A stretch of 63,549 bases of DNA, filler included, from Octopus bimaculoides (lineage: Eukaryota), in the NCBI RefSeq assembly GCF_001194135.2. It is 8 parts of 8 records of this genome, joined end to end, with 100 filler letters (N's around TTAATTAATTAA, not from the genome) between each part and the next. Parts side by side here need not be neighbours in the genome. Positions count along the whole stretch, not along the records: positions 19,515 to 45,180 come from NC_068993.1; positions 45,281 to 47,987 come from NC_068999.1; positions 48,088 to 52,523 come from NC_069003.1; positions 52,624 to 57,027 come from NC_068986.1; 4 more parts are not named here. One strand, given 5' to 3'. This document shows positions 42,180 through 54,822 of this stretch, piece by piece. The notes beneath the pieces are model-generated. The model was not told the DNA's origin. It searched no databases and saw nothing but the letters and a program-made list of their open reading frames with translations. The position numbers and the translations under genes are program-made. How positions within the stretch are numbered: position 1 is the stretch's first letter; the number at the start of each line of letters is the position of its first letter.

Positions 42180-43480
42180 TTCATACCCTCAGCTTTGATT
42201 GTGCATCAAAAACTTGTCTATTGTACCTTGGATCATAATTATCTTCATGTCCACAATGATAACTCTATGAGGAAAATAATCGTCGCAAATAGCTGCAAAA
42301 ATTTAAGCAAAGCACTCAACATTAGACTTCATCCCGTTGAAAATGACTTGTTATTTCTTCATATACGCTAAAGCTTACTGCATTTTGTTGATAATGAAAT
42401 AGCTGTCTTCTTGTTGCAGTTGGTGTGTTTCCTCTCGATTCGTGAATCGTCATCAATTCTTTATTGTGAGTATTTGTTTGTCAGCGTCATCTAATGCCTC
42501 GAAATCTTCATTCTCTAAATCTCTGTTCATTTCTTTTAACTACATCACCATCACTTTTACATCAGCAATGTTGAGCCCTTTGAAATCGTTCATAAATTGA
42601 GGGCACAGTTTCTTCCGAACAACTTTTATGCACGCTTCTCATGCATCCCTCCATGCTGAGTGGATTGTAAGAAGAGACTTACAAATATTGTTCATCTTCC
42701 AAAAGTCACGGATTCTGTTGTTACTACACCCTCTCATGTGCACGCTTTAGTAATAGTACTTGAGATTTGAAATGATAGCCTGATTCATAGGTTACAATGG
42801 AGATGTGGGTTTAGGACTAGGTGTACAACATTAGGATGAATGTCAACGACGTCTCGCACGTGGTCAGGAGCGTCGTTTTAAATAAAATGGATCTTGAATG
42901 GAATCTATTACACCTTACAATCTTTCTCGACTGCTGGAATAAAATGCTTGAAAAGCCAATCTTCATAAATTGTGATAGTCACATGAGATTTAATATCTGA
43001 AGGCATTTAACTAGGCGTAATTCATTTGGGAAGCTCTTGAGTGCTCTTGAATTGGATGCTTGATAATATACAACAGGCCTTCATTTGATGCTCCCCATTC
43101 CCGAACAATTGCCCCATCTTTAGTGACCTTGAATTTAGACATACATTGCCCTTCCTTAAATACCGGTTTTGTATTATTTTCCAGAATTTGTTACGGAATA
43201 AAGTCGTTACCGTCAATGCTGACGACCCATATTACATGAAGCTCGGCCAGTGCAAATATTTCTGCCGATGCAATTTTGCATAGGACTTCATCTTAGGATG
43301 ATTGTGGCACTGCTTGAGAACCATAAACCACACTAAAATGACTTGTAATCAGGATACCTCTCCTTCAGCTCGTTTATTATGAAATCACTTTCTTTTTTTC
43401 CAGATCTATTCAGAGATCATTTCCTTAGAAAATGTCTAACACTTGGGTCAAATCCATAAAATCTATGAGAACTATTTACA
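42180..43480 (-). mobile_element. Tigger/pogo (DDE_1) transposase fossil
   Basis: TLF..FWKII, SKFKVTKD, IYEDWLFKHFIPAVEK, (D)DAPDH, PMNQAIISNLKYYY in the expected order. Many stops and frameshifts. Confidence 0.72.
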
Positions 43481-44769
43481 CTCCGTGCTTTTTCTCACAA
43501 AATTTCGCAGCAGCTTGACAGAAGAAAAAGATCAGAACAATAGCAGCACAGTCTGATACATGCACATTGTGTCCCTAGATAGATGTCATCCATAACATAC
43601 TTAACTATTTTGCTTAACACGTAATAAACTTTTGTCTGCAACACACAGGAGTTGAGATGCCGTGCAAGTAAGAGCACACCAACTTTTCTTCCTTGAAGAG
43701 GTGCTTTATGGAGGTCTGTAGCCCTGTTCTACATGCCCAACTCTCTAGACGATTTCAAAAGCTCAAAATCCGTTTTTTTTTTAATGTATTAGAATAGTTT
43801 TGTTGGTATTCTATGCCTACAAGTAGCTTTGTTTCATGCCATTTGCTTTTATCAGATCGTGAACCTCATTTAAACAGGGTTCAACAGATACTAGCACCAT
43901 AACTGATCTTTCAAAAAGAGAATCGATTACATTGCCACTGATGATAGAATTGAAAATATACGCATGTTATTAGTCAGAGGAGTTTTACTATCGCATCACG
44001 CTGTTTGATGATTATGTAAGCGATCAAGGGACACTCCCATTTTATCATGGACAAGACACATTTTGTATACAATCATAGAATATATTTGATTCCTTCTTGT
44101 TTGCTGCTTCCTGAACAGCACTAGCTTTTGATGACTTCAAATACCCCTTTGTTCTTTTCAGGCACTCTATATGTATTTCTTGCATTCATTGTATGCATGT
44201 TTTTTTACACTAGTGTCTTTGACATTGGTCCACTCCTTGTATAAAATGTGCATCAATTTTGATAAGCTGCTCAACATCTACTTTCTCCTGATAAAACTAA
44301 TTCTGATGCTTCCACACATGGCTGCTGAACACTTTTAATGGAATATTATTGTTAATGTTTTTAAGGGATTTCCAAGATTACTCGATTACATCATTTATCT
44401 GCACTGAATCAATAAGGTTTTAAGCCGATCAGATAAGTCTTAACGTCGTTAAACTTCAATAGCAGCACATTGATGCACTTTAATATAACCGAAGTTGCAA
44501 TATTCTTCATGTGAGGAAAGTGAAAGCTTTAGAATGCCAAAGTGTGTAGTCTAAAAGATAATAATAAGCGTGTAAGGAACAAGTGATGTTTAAATGCTTT
44601 CGCATCACGCTGTTTAGTAATTATGTAAGCAATCAAATGTCAATCATTTGATCTCGGATCCGTCCAAGTTTGCTTGTGGTTGTTTTTGTTTGTTTTTTTT
44701 TTTTTTTGTTTCAAAAGAAAAAGGGCTTAGAACATTCCAGGTACTTTGCCAAAATTTTATGGAAAGCGA

Positions 44770-45000
44770 AAACATTAGGCCATTTTTAATGATATACCCT
44801 CTCTAACATGGAAGACGTCCATCTAAACGAGGCTGTTCCTGCGCCAATTCATAGATAGCATTTTGCTAAGCTCCTCATAAAATGTATCCTTCTTCTCTCC
44901 TACAGCAGATTTGGTATACCAACTTAATACTCTGGCGGAATTATTGTTTCCAAGTCAAAAGAAATCGTCTGAAATCAGTCTGTAACACCTTGAGGAAACT
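44770..45000 (-). mobile_element. Possible LINE APE-endonuclease remnant
   Basis: YTKSAVGEKKDTFYEELSKML resembles YAPxxxxxxxEKDxFYEEL. Single motif only. Confidence 0.35.
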
Positions 45001-45146
45001 ATGTTGAGGACATCACAACACACGATTGACATGGTACTTTTTTACTTCTACCAATACAGATAAAAGCGCATTTCTCATCATGTTCTTGTGTGTGAGTAGG
45101 TGTGTTATAAGCATTTGTGCATGTCTCTCTCTTCCTCTCTTTCTGC

Positions 45147-45180
<34 letters not shown>

Positions 45181-45659
45181 NNNNNNNNNNNNNNNNNNNN
45201 NNNNNNNNNNNNNNNNNNNNNNNNTTAATTAATTAANNNNNNNNNNNNNNNNNNNNNNNNNNNNNNNNNNNNNNNNNNNNATTTTTTCTTTTTCTTTTTA
45301 ATTGTATGTTTTTGTTTGTTTGTGTTTGCCATGACGAACGAAGATTAAGTTTTAATGAACGCCTCATTAAAAAATAGATTAAATATATTTATCACATTGA
45401 ATAAATTTACGAGAAACCTGAAGGAGGTAAACAAAGGAAGCGAGATCGAGCCAAGTGATAAGATTCTTTTTATTTTTTCTCATGGTCCCAGCTGTTTCAC
45501 TTCCTTTGCTATTAGTGGAAAGACATGAACGTCACAACATGGCAACCGACCCTCCACACGCACACACATACACACACACACACACGTACACACACATACA
45601 CACACACACACACAAACATATGCTACTCTTCATGCAATTTATTATTTTTTTAATCTTTC

Positions 45660-45850
45660 ATCTTTCATCGTTTACTTGTTTCAGCCATTAAACTGCGGCC
45701 ATGCTGGGGCACCGCCTTGAAGAATTTTTTAGTCGAACCAATCGACAATCAATACATTTTTCTAAACCTGGTCTTATTGTATCGCTCTCTTTTGCTGAAC
45801 CGCTAATCCTAAGTTTCCAGGACGTAAACAAGCTGTGGGGGGAGACAAAC
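45660..45850 (-). mobile_element. Tail module of the composite SINE
   Basis: tttacttgtttcagccattaaactgcggccatgctggggcaccgcc...ttttgctgaaccgctaa. Confidence 0.75.
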
Positions 45851-45972
45851 ACACACACATATGTGTGTGTGTGTGTGTATATGTGTATATATGTGTATAT
45901 ATGTATAGTGTCTACCTCCAATACCGCCGACGAAATGTGGTGGTTTTGTGTCTATATTAGAAATCGTTGTTG

Positions 45973-46004
<32 letters not shown>

Positions 46005-46498
46005 GGTGGTGCTGGTGGTGGTGCTGGTTATGCACTGCAGAGAATATAGAACGGCTCAAAGTAACATNNNNNNNNNNNNNNNNNNNNNNNNNNNNNNNNN
46101 NNNNNNNNNNNNNNNNNNNNNNNNNNNNNNNNNNNNNNNNNNNNNNNNNNNNNNNNNNNNNNNNNNNNNNNNNNNNNNNNNNNNNNNNNNNNNNNNNNNN
46201 NNNNNNNNNNNNNNNNNNNNNNNNNNNNNNNNNNNNNNNNNNNNNNNNNNNNNNNNNNNNNNNNNNNNNNNNNNNNNNNNNNNNNNNNNNNNNNNNNNNN
46301 NNNNNNNNNNNNNNNNNNNNNNNNNNNNNNNNNNNNNNNNNNNNNNNNNNNNNNNNNNNNNNNNNNNNNNNNNNNNNNNNNNNNNNNNNNNNNNNNNNNN
46401 NNNNNNNNNNNNNNNNNNNNNNNNNNNNNNNNNNNNNNNNNNNNNNNNNNNNNNNNNNNNNNNNNNNNNNNNNNNNNNNNNNNNNNNNNNNNNNNNNN

Positions 46499-46550
<52 letters not shown>

Positions 46551-46964
46551 TTTATATATATATATATACACACACATACATATGCATATGTATCTAGATA
46601 CACACACACACACACACACACAAGTACAAAAACACAAATTTTTGTAATGTGTTGTCATGACGATGGTCGAAAAAAAATGGTGCCATTTCTGTGGAATACA
46701 AACAAGTTAAAATTCCTCGATCACTGCCAGACATTGTCCACAATTATATTCCTGGCTCTCGATGAATAAATCCAGTTATTTTTTTACTTTTTGAAATCAT
46801 AACAAATGATACATTCAGTAATTACATGAAATCTGGGTTGTTTTTAGACATAAATCTAGAAATGGACGCAGAGTCAGTCGTGACTGTTTGGTAAAGAAGC
46901 TTGTTCCTCGAATCAACAGATTCCATCTTTTGCGTTTTGTTTTTTGGTTTTGTTGTGGAGGCTG

Positions 46965-47640
46965 AAAGGCTGATGAGCCTTGATGGTTATAATGGTCTGT
47001 TTAAAGGCTTAAAGGGTTGAAGGTCAACACTTGAGCAGGGAGAAGATTCTAAAAGGACGATGTTTCGAGGATGAAAGACCTAATGGTTAATGAGGAGCAG
47101 GAGTGTCTGAACGTACCCAGAGGGCTTGAGTAGTGGAAATAAAAATGGTTCAAGAATTCCTGGGTGACGGGGTTCAAGGTGAACAAGATTCAAGAAACAG
47201 GAGCCTTTGTTATAGAGATAGAAAAGACAGCAAAAAGGAACAACACATCAGTGGCGTCGGAGTTTAAAGTGTGGCCGTTAGTGACGATGTACCTATCATC
47301 CTAATGTTTCAATGCCATTGCATGGAGGCACCATGGTCCAGTGCTTTCAGCCTTTGCCTCTGATCCAATCCAAAGAAATTTTGTCGAATTTAGTTGACGC
47401 AGATTGTGTGGAAGCTTCCTTAGATCAGGTCTGTAGTTTTTCTTGGATGTTATAATAAATATTCTGACACCACCACACGGCACTTTGCTTATCTTTTGCA
47501 GGGTTTACTCTTTTGGAAACATTTTGGCTTGGCACCATGTATGATAATATGGCGCTTGTTATAGTGTATAGGGTCTTTGCCGTATTTTCTCTAATCGTCT
47601 CCCAGAAACCCTGTACAATGCGAGAACAGCTGTTGTACTT
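46965..47640 (-). mobile_element. Degenerate L2/CR1-type LINE 3' end
   Basis: Weak remnants RRH..CLFYLYNKG, FF.TT.ALW, FKQTI in the order of the L2 tail (HRRDVASLSLFYRYY..FFPRTSKLWN..FKSxV). Confidence 0.4.
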
Positions 47641-47837
47641 CATTTTCATAGTAAGCTATTTATTATAAACAAGCAAAAGCTCGGCTGGAATCCGAAGTCG
47701 GTTTTCCGCCCTTGATGTGGTGGCTTTCAATAGAGTTGTCCCTCGGTTTGCACGGTTTCAATACAACACGAGATGGTACTTGACCCCAGGGATTCAGAGA
47801 GATCTGGGATGGTGGAGGGGGGTTCCTCGATTGGCCC

Positions 47838-48281
47838 AAGAAGAAGAAGAAGAAGAAGAAGAAGAAGAAGAAGAAGAAGAAGAAGAAGACGAAGAAGAAG
47901 AAGAAGAAGAAGAAGAAGAAGAAGAAGAAGAAGAAGAAGAAGAAGAAGAGGAGGATAGATAGATAGATAGATAGATAGATAGACAGANNNNNNNNNNNNN
48001 NNNNNNNNNNNNNNNNNNNNNNNNNNNNNNNTTAATTAATTAANNNNNNNNNNNNNNNNNNNNNNNNNNNNNNNNNNNNNNNNNNNNGAAGAAGAAGAAG
48101 AAGAAGAAGAAGAAGAAGAAGAAGAAGAAGAAGAAGAAGAAGAAGAAGAAGAAGAAGAAGAAGAAGAAGAAGAAGAAGAAGAAGAAGAAGAAGGAGGAGG
48201 AGGAGGAGGAGGAGAAGGAGAAGAAGAAGAAGAAGAAGAAGAAGAAGAAGAAGAAGAAGAAGAAGAAGAAGAAGAAGAAGA
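47838..48281. repeat. (GAA)n arrays with (GATA)n, spanning a placeholder gap
   Basis: Direct reading; source of the poly-E/R/L/S ORFs. Confidence 0.95.
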
Positions 48282-48896
48282 AGGTAACGCCAGAAATACC
48301 GGCAAAGATGAAAGTCCATTTGATGTAATTCGCCTGGAATATGCGGACAAATTAGTATAAATAGTTGTACTGATAACCATTGCTGTACCTATTACATGTG
48401 TGTGTGTGTGTGTGCGTCTATATATAAATATGTGTATATATATATATAATATATATGTATGTATTTATGTATGTTTTTATATATATGCATTCATATATAT
48501 GTATATATATATATGTATATGTATATATATATATATGTATATGTGTGTATATATATATACATATATATACATATACATATATATAAACATATACATATAT
48601 ACATGTTTATATGTATATATAAACATGCATACATGCATACATGAGTGAACGTTAACGTACATTCATACCCAAATGGATGTACTTATGTGTGCGTGTGTGT
48701 GAGTGTGTGTTTCTGTATGTGTGGGTGTGTATGTGTGTGTGTGTGTGTTTGTGTTACAGCTTACAGAAATATTCATGTCTTGCATTGCACATTCACAAAA
48801 AGTCATTCACGCATTCGCGCATGCGCTTATGTGTGTGCGTGTACATCCGTGTTTCTGCCTGCATGATACGCATACATGTGTCTGCGTGCTTGTTAG

Positions 48897-48967
<71 letters not shown>

Positions 48968-48985
48968 AATAAAGAAAGAAAGAGG
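48897..48985. repeat. (GAAA)n microsatellite
   Basis: Direct reading. Confidence 0.95.
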
Positions 48986-49609
48986 TAAAGAAGGAATGAA
49001 AGAAGGTAAGAAGCAGTATGGCCATCCTCATAGAGGAGAGTCGGAGGCCTCAGAAACAATCACTCCTCCTTACCACACACTGAGGTTTCCACACACTGCA
49101 TCCGTGAATTTGCTCTCCGCCATTACGTCAGTATAAAACACAGCAATGGCGATGGTCGGAACACCTCTGATCAAGGACCGACTTGGTCAAGATTGATCTG
49201 GGGCTAAATAACATTGATGGTTACAATAACAATAGCAACAACAACAACGACAACAACAGAACGGATCACTTCATTACTACCAACACACCTTTATTATATA
49301 TAATCAGCACCGCCTCCATTAACTCATTTTCGTCTCCTCCTTTATCATGTAGCCTTATCTACGCAGTCCGTATCGTCTGCTAGAAAATGGCGGCTAATGA
49401 AAATTCTTTCCTCAAAACGACAGTTGTCTCCTAACCCTGCACACTTAAATTAGTGGCGTTAATAGCAGTGTTGGGGGTGAAGATGATGGTAATGGTGGTG
49501 GTGGTGGTGAACGTGGTACCGTTGCTGGTAGCGATGGTTGTGTTGTGCTGGTGTTGCTGTGCTGGTATTGTTGTTAGTGGTAATGATGTTGGGGATGATC
49601 ATGGTAATG

Positions 49610-49611
49610 GT

Positions 49612-49675
<64 letters not shown>

Positions 49676-49697
49676 GGTGATGGTGGTGGTGGTGGTT
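49610..49697. repeat. (TAG)n/(TGG)n microsatellite
   Basis: Direct reading. Confidence 0.95.
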
Positions 49698-49879
49698 GTA
49701 CACCAGCACAACACAACCATCTTGTGTGTGTGTATACTAGCGTCCATCCGGCCTTCGCTCTGGTCTATACTGTGTTCAAATGAATTCATAAGGAATCAGC
49801 CATAATACCTATGTGTCAGATCGTAGCTAAGGGCTCCTAGTCGCCACTGTTCACGAGAACAAGATCTAAATTCCAAGCT

Positions 49880-50200
49880 AACTTTATCGTTGGTTTGATG
49901 TTTCCTGTTCTCTGGAGTTGGCATTTCTAACTCTGTTACTTTGAAGTTGTTCTGTTAATAATTGTTCTCTTAAGCGGGCTTGTCTATCAGCTTGGGGCTC
50001 CCATCTCCTACGTCTCTGCCCTGGTGTCTCTTGTTCCCTCAAGCAGGCTTGCCTAATTGGTTCAAACCGAAGTTTTACTCCTCGTTGCTCTTGTGTCTCC
50101 ACGGCATTTCGTTGTCTCTGAGACTGGAGCCTGCTCTATCTTCTTTCTTCTTGTGCTTTCATTTCCCTTCGACTTGTGAAACATCGGCTTCAGATGATCG
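49880..50200 (-). mobile_element. Helitron-like N-terminal R/E/Q repeat peptide remnant
   Basis: RLQSQRQRNAVETQEQR..LREQETPGQRRRR..RLREQ..REQETSNQR: repeated ETxEQR..RL units. Confidence 0.45.
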
Positions 50201-50251
50201 AAAAGTATTATGTTGTCTTCAACACATTATACTGAATGTTCGAAAATAAAA

Positions 50252-50411
50252 GGAGTGGCTGTGTGGTAAGTAACTTGCTTACGAACCACATGGTTCCGGG
50301 TTCAATCCCACTGCGTGGCACCTTGGGCAAAGTGTCTTCTACTATAGCCAAGGGCCGACCAAAGCCTTTTGAGTGGATTTGGTAGACGGAAGCTGAAAGA
50401 GGCCCGTCGTA

Positions 50412-50458
<47 letters not shown>

Positions 50459-50682
50459 GTGTGTATATGTTTGTGTGTCTGTGTTTGTCCCCCCAACATC
50501 GCTAGACAACCAATGCTGGTATGTTTACGTCCCCGTAACTTAGTGGTTCGGCAAAAGAGACCCATAGAATAAGTACTAGGCTTACAAAGAATAAGTCCTG
50601 GGGTCGATTAACTCGACTAAAAAGCGGTGCTCTAGCATGGCCACAGTCAAATGACTGAAACAAGTAAAAGAGTAAAAGAGTA
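50252..50682 (+). mobile_element. Composite tRNA-derived SINE (CORE-like head, internal microsatellite, tail)
   Basis: A-box-like TGGCTGTGTGGT, B-box GGTTCAATCCC, CORE-like caccttgggcaaagtgtc, then (TA)n(TG)n, then a tail ending aaatgactgaaacaagtaaaagagt. Homologous copy at 18101-18494. Confidence 0.85.
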
Positions 50683-51184
50683 AAATAAATCAAAAATAAA
50701 TCCCGTAACATTCAATTCATTTTTTTGTTATTTCTAAATTCAATCACATGGATTTATTTCATCCAATCACCAAGCTTCATGAAAATCGGTGCTGTATAAT
50801 CATACCACAATTACTACCATCAGCAACAACAATAACAAGAACAACACCGCTGCTACTAACCTTACCACTACTACAACCACCACCACCACTACCACCACCA
50901 CCACAAACAGCAGCAACAGTACCACTGAGTACTCCTATCTTCGTCCGTCGAGAAGAGGTTTGAATACACTACACATATTATATGTAAACATGTGTATGTT
51001 TGTGCGGGCGTAACATTTTGCTATGCGTAAACTGTCTCTATCTGACAGGATGTCGTCAGGAAAAACTACTCTGTGAGATAAAACGAATCTGCATATAGTA
51101 CAGAGATAAACGTTATGAATAAGTTATGTAACTCTGCACTGAACACAGTCTTTTTTTAGTTTTTAACTAACAGTATACTGAGTG

Positions 51185-51235
<51 letters not shown>

Positions 51236-51474
51236 TTATATGTATATGTGTGTATATGTATATGTATCTATATATAAGCATGTATATACATGTATGTATG
51301 TATATGTGTGCGCGCGCGTGTGTATGTGTATTGTATATATGTATATATATTACGAGCCTGTGGCCATACTGGGGTGCCGCCTTGAAGATGTTCAGGGAAT
51401 TTTATCGACTAAAACACTAGATGCTCTGCACATATGCATTTGTATGTGTCCATATATACATACATACGTATATG

Positions 51475-51551
<77 letters not shown>

Positions 51552-52453
51552 ATATCCATACATGCATACATGTATATAAACATAGAAAGAGTGAGAGCAA
51601 ATGACGCATAGATGTCGAAAATATAAATATATAAATCTATATATATATATGTGTATATGAATATATATGAACACATACATACATACATATATATGTATAC
51701 AAATACATACATAAGCACACACACACATATATATAATATATANNNNNNNNNNNNNNNNNNNNNNNNNNNNNNNNNNNNNNNNNNNNNNNNNNNNNNNNNN
51801 NNNNNNNNNNNNNNNNNNNNNNNNNNNNNNNNNNNNNNNNNNNNNNNNNNNNNNNNNNNNNNNNNNNNNNNNNNNNNNNNNNNNNNNNNNNNNNNNNNNN
51901 NNNNNNNNNNNNNNNNNNNNNNNNNNNNNNNNNNNNNNNNNNNNNNNNNNNNNNNNNNNNNNNNNNNNNNNNNNNNNNNNNNNNNNNNNNNNNNNNNNNN
52001 NNNNNNNNNNNNNNNNNNNNNNNNNNNNNNNNNNNNNNNNNNNNNNNNNNNNNNNNNNNNNNNNNNNNNNNNNNNNNNNNNNNNNNNNNNNNNNNNNNNN
52101 CCCCTAACCCATTACCAACGACGACCACCACTACCACCGCCGCCGCCGCCGCCATCACCACAGCCGACACCGCCCGCCCCACCACCGCTGCCACTACCTC
52201 CAACACCACCACCACCACCGCTACTACCCACCTACGCAGCCACACTGCCACTTCAGTCGAATTCATAAATAGCATTCACTGTTTAAACTTAGTTCAACGT
52301 TGCTATTCTTAGTTGCACTATCGTGACCTTAGCACCGGTGCCTACGCTAGGTTGGGTCTTTCGTGGCAGTACACACATGCACACATACATACACACATAC
52401 ATGCATATATGTATATATATACCTATATATGAAAACATATATATATACATATT

Positions 52454-52523
<70 letters not shown>

Positions 52524-52689
52524 NNNNNNNNNNNNNNNNNNNNNNNNNNNNNNNNNNNNNNNNNNNNTTAATTAATTAANNNNNNNNNNNNNNNNNNNNN
52601 NNNNNNNNNNNNNNNNNNNNNNNCAGTGAAATTCTTCACTGATATTGAAAAGGTGAAAACAAGCAATGTTAATTCTCTAAATGAAGTAT

Positions 52690-53075
52690 TAACAGTAACT
52701 GCACGATAAAGTGTAGTATATTGCCACTTAAGTGTGGCTGACCCCTAGGGGTGGATGTTACTGTTGCTTTTAGCCCCAGGAGGACATCTCCTCCAGCTGG
52801 CTTATCGACACACGACTGTGTCCTGTTTGCCAAGGGAGTTATCCCTCTCACCTCGACCAGCAGCACGAACGTATCCGGATTTCAGGGTTATTTCCCTTAT
52901 ATGTATATACTTTCATCTACATGTGTATATAGATGCATATCAGGGTACAGGACTTTAGAACAATGAACTACAGACAACGGAACGAACACATAGGAAAACA
53001 GAAAGCCACTTGGATATTATTCATCAGCTACCTCTATTCTAACTCGACGTTTCGAAGATAAGATACTCTATGCAG
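52690..53075 (-). repeat. Unclassified interspersed repeat with an inverted homolog at 62147-62350
   Basis: acagacaacggaacgaacacataggaaaaca..aagccacttgga..tcatcagct.cctctattcta..tttcgaagataag is the reverse complement of 62151-62253. Homology continues through gtcctgtacc..atatgcatctatatac..atgtagatg. Confidence 0.75.
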
Positions 53076-53158
53076 AAATATAACTTGGCTGTGAATGCGT
53101 ATCTGTGTAGATATGACTGTAGTGAGTAGAGACGGAAAAGAAATAATGATGTACAAAC

Positions 53159-53236
53159 CTCTCGTAGTTTTCGGTTTTTTTCTTCGTTGACTTTTGCATT
53201 GTAGGCCATTTTTACCTTCAAGTTGCCAATCTGCTC
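53159..53236 (-). CDS. CCDC65: CCDC65/DRC2-like internal exon
   Basis: aaattttag|GAG...GAG|gtttgt, 78 nt, phase 0-0. Encodes EQIGNLKVKMAYNAKVNEEKNRKLRE, collinear with the next DRC2 segment ([25 protein letters not shown]). Confidence 0.75.
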
Positions 53237-53361
53237 CTAAAATTTCACAAAAAGTAGTACCATTTGTACCAAGGTATATTTTAGAAGGGATAGGATACCA
53301 TTACACTAGATATTTCAGTGCACTGCTTTATAGGATTGTGTGCGTGTCTATACATACATGC

Positions 53362-53415
<54 letters not shown>

Positions 53416-53705
53416 TTTAGTATTACGCTCGCACACACACACACACAATTATTTAATATAATTGCGAACGTGTTGCGTTGGTGTTAGTGGACAAGGGCAA
53501 TAACTCATGCACACATGAATTAATGCCCTTAGCTCTAGGTTTGGCGTATACGAAGATCGTTTTTTCTTGTCATCATCGATCAAGATGCTACTAAAACAAA
53601 TATCGATGGCTTCCGGGAATTTTTTTGAAGATTTATAACATGCGGTATACAGGAGAACAACTAAACATGTGAAAGGGGCGGTAACTCATAAATGCAAAGA
53701 TTCAC

Positions 53706-53759
<54 letters not shown>

Positions 53760-54624
53760 GTACACATACTCACACAGCAGATCCATATTTCTGTGCATGT
53801 GGAAAAGTAAAAAGTAATATGTATTTTCCTTTATTATAATATTTCCAATTTGTATTAGGTTTTATTTCCGTCTTAAATGTTTATATTTCGATAAGAGAAA
53901 CCGTTATTTATTCTATTTGTAAAAAAAAAAAAGAAATAGTACAAACAAACAACGGTTATGTACAAGTTTAAAATAATTAAAATTGAAATTAAGAATGAAA
54001 GGGAGACAATAAATGTGATTTAACTACCACAAGGGTCAGTATGAACTTAATTACGAGAATTGATAGCACAACCGGCAAGAAAATAATCTGTTTTGTACGT
54101 CGTTGCGTACATCTGTGCATCAGTGCATCCACATATATGGTATCTATGTTTCTCAATACTTGGATATGAACACTATTGCCTAGATGATGCACATACTCGT
54201 CTATAATTATAATTCCAGGGAAGGAATTGGCCAGGCGGAAAAGCTAGTTCCCATAGCCTTTTCAGGAGTTCCAAGATCAGTGAGAGGTGAATGGTATCTA
54301 CAAATCAGAGCCCTGGTCGGAATGCTTGCAGTAGAATAGATTCCATAAATGGCTGTCATGGATTAGGTAATAGTGTCAAACCAGGAGGCGAAGTAACTCG
54401 CATGACCCAAGTGTGTAACGGCAGGTTTTGAACGCAGAATGTAAAGAGCTTTAACAAATACTGCTAGGCATCTGGTCCCACGCTCCAACTAAAACAATAG
54501 TACCCAACTCTAGGCTCATACTTTAAATTCAACCCTACCGATTCAGTGTCTTTGCAGCAGCAGCAGAAGCCGCAGCAGCAGCAACGACAACACTAACAAC
54601 TATAATAACTATAACGTGTCTTAC

Positions 54625-54822
54625 CGCTATTCGTTGCACTTTACGCATCTGTTTTTCGATTTCCTCAGAGCTTTTCGCGTCTTTCTTCTTCAGCTTCTCA
54701 AATGCTTCCTTACGTTCTTCTGTGGTCTCGTGGTAATGTGCCTTTGTCTGGTTAAACAACATCCACAGATGTTCGACTTTTGATTCCAGAGACACGCGTA
54801 ACGAATGCTTCTCTTCGAGGTT
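54625..54822 (-). CDS. CCDC65: CCDC65/DRC2-like internal exon
   Basis: tctgaccag|AAC...GCG|gtaag, 198 nt, phase 0-0. Encodes NLEEKHSLRVSLESKVEHLWMLFNQTKAHYHETTEERKEAFEKLKKKDAKSSEEIEKQMRKVQRIA (DRC2: [20 protein letters not shown]...[32 protein letters not shown]). Confidence 0.9.

Noticed and set aside
43495-44340. Possible hAT or piggyBac transposase remnant
   Set aside because: No diagnostic motif could be read with confidence.
46968-47000. CTGATGAGCCttgatGGT as a hammerhead
   Set aside because: Stem II is followed by TATAA rather than GAAA, and it is antisense to a LINE tail.
47717-48380. Poly-E/R/L/S ORFs
   Set aside because: (GAA)n microsatellite.
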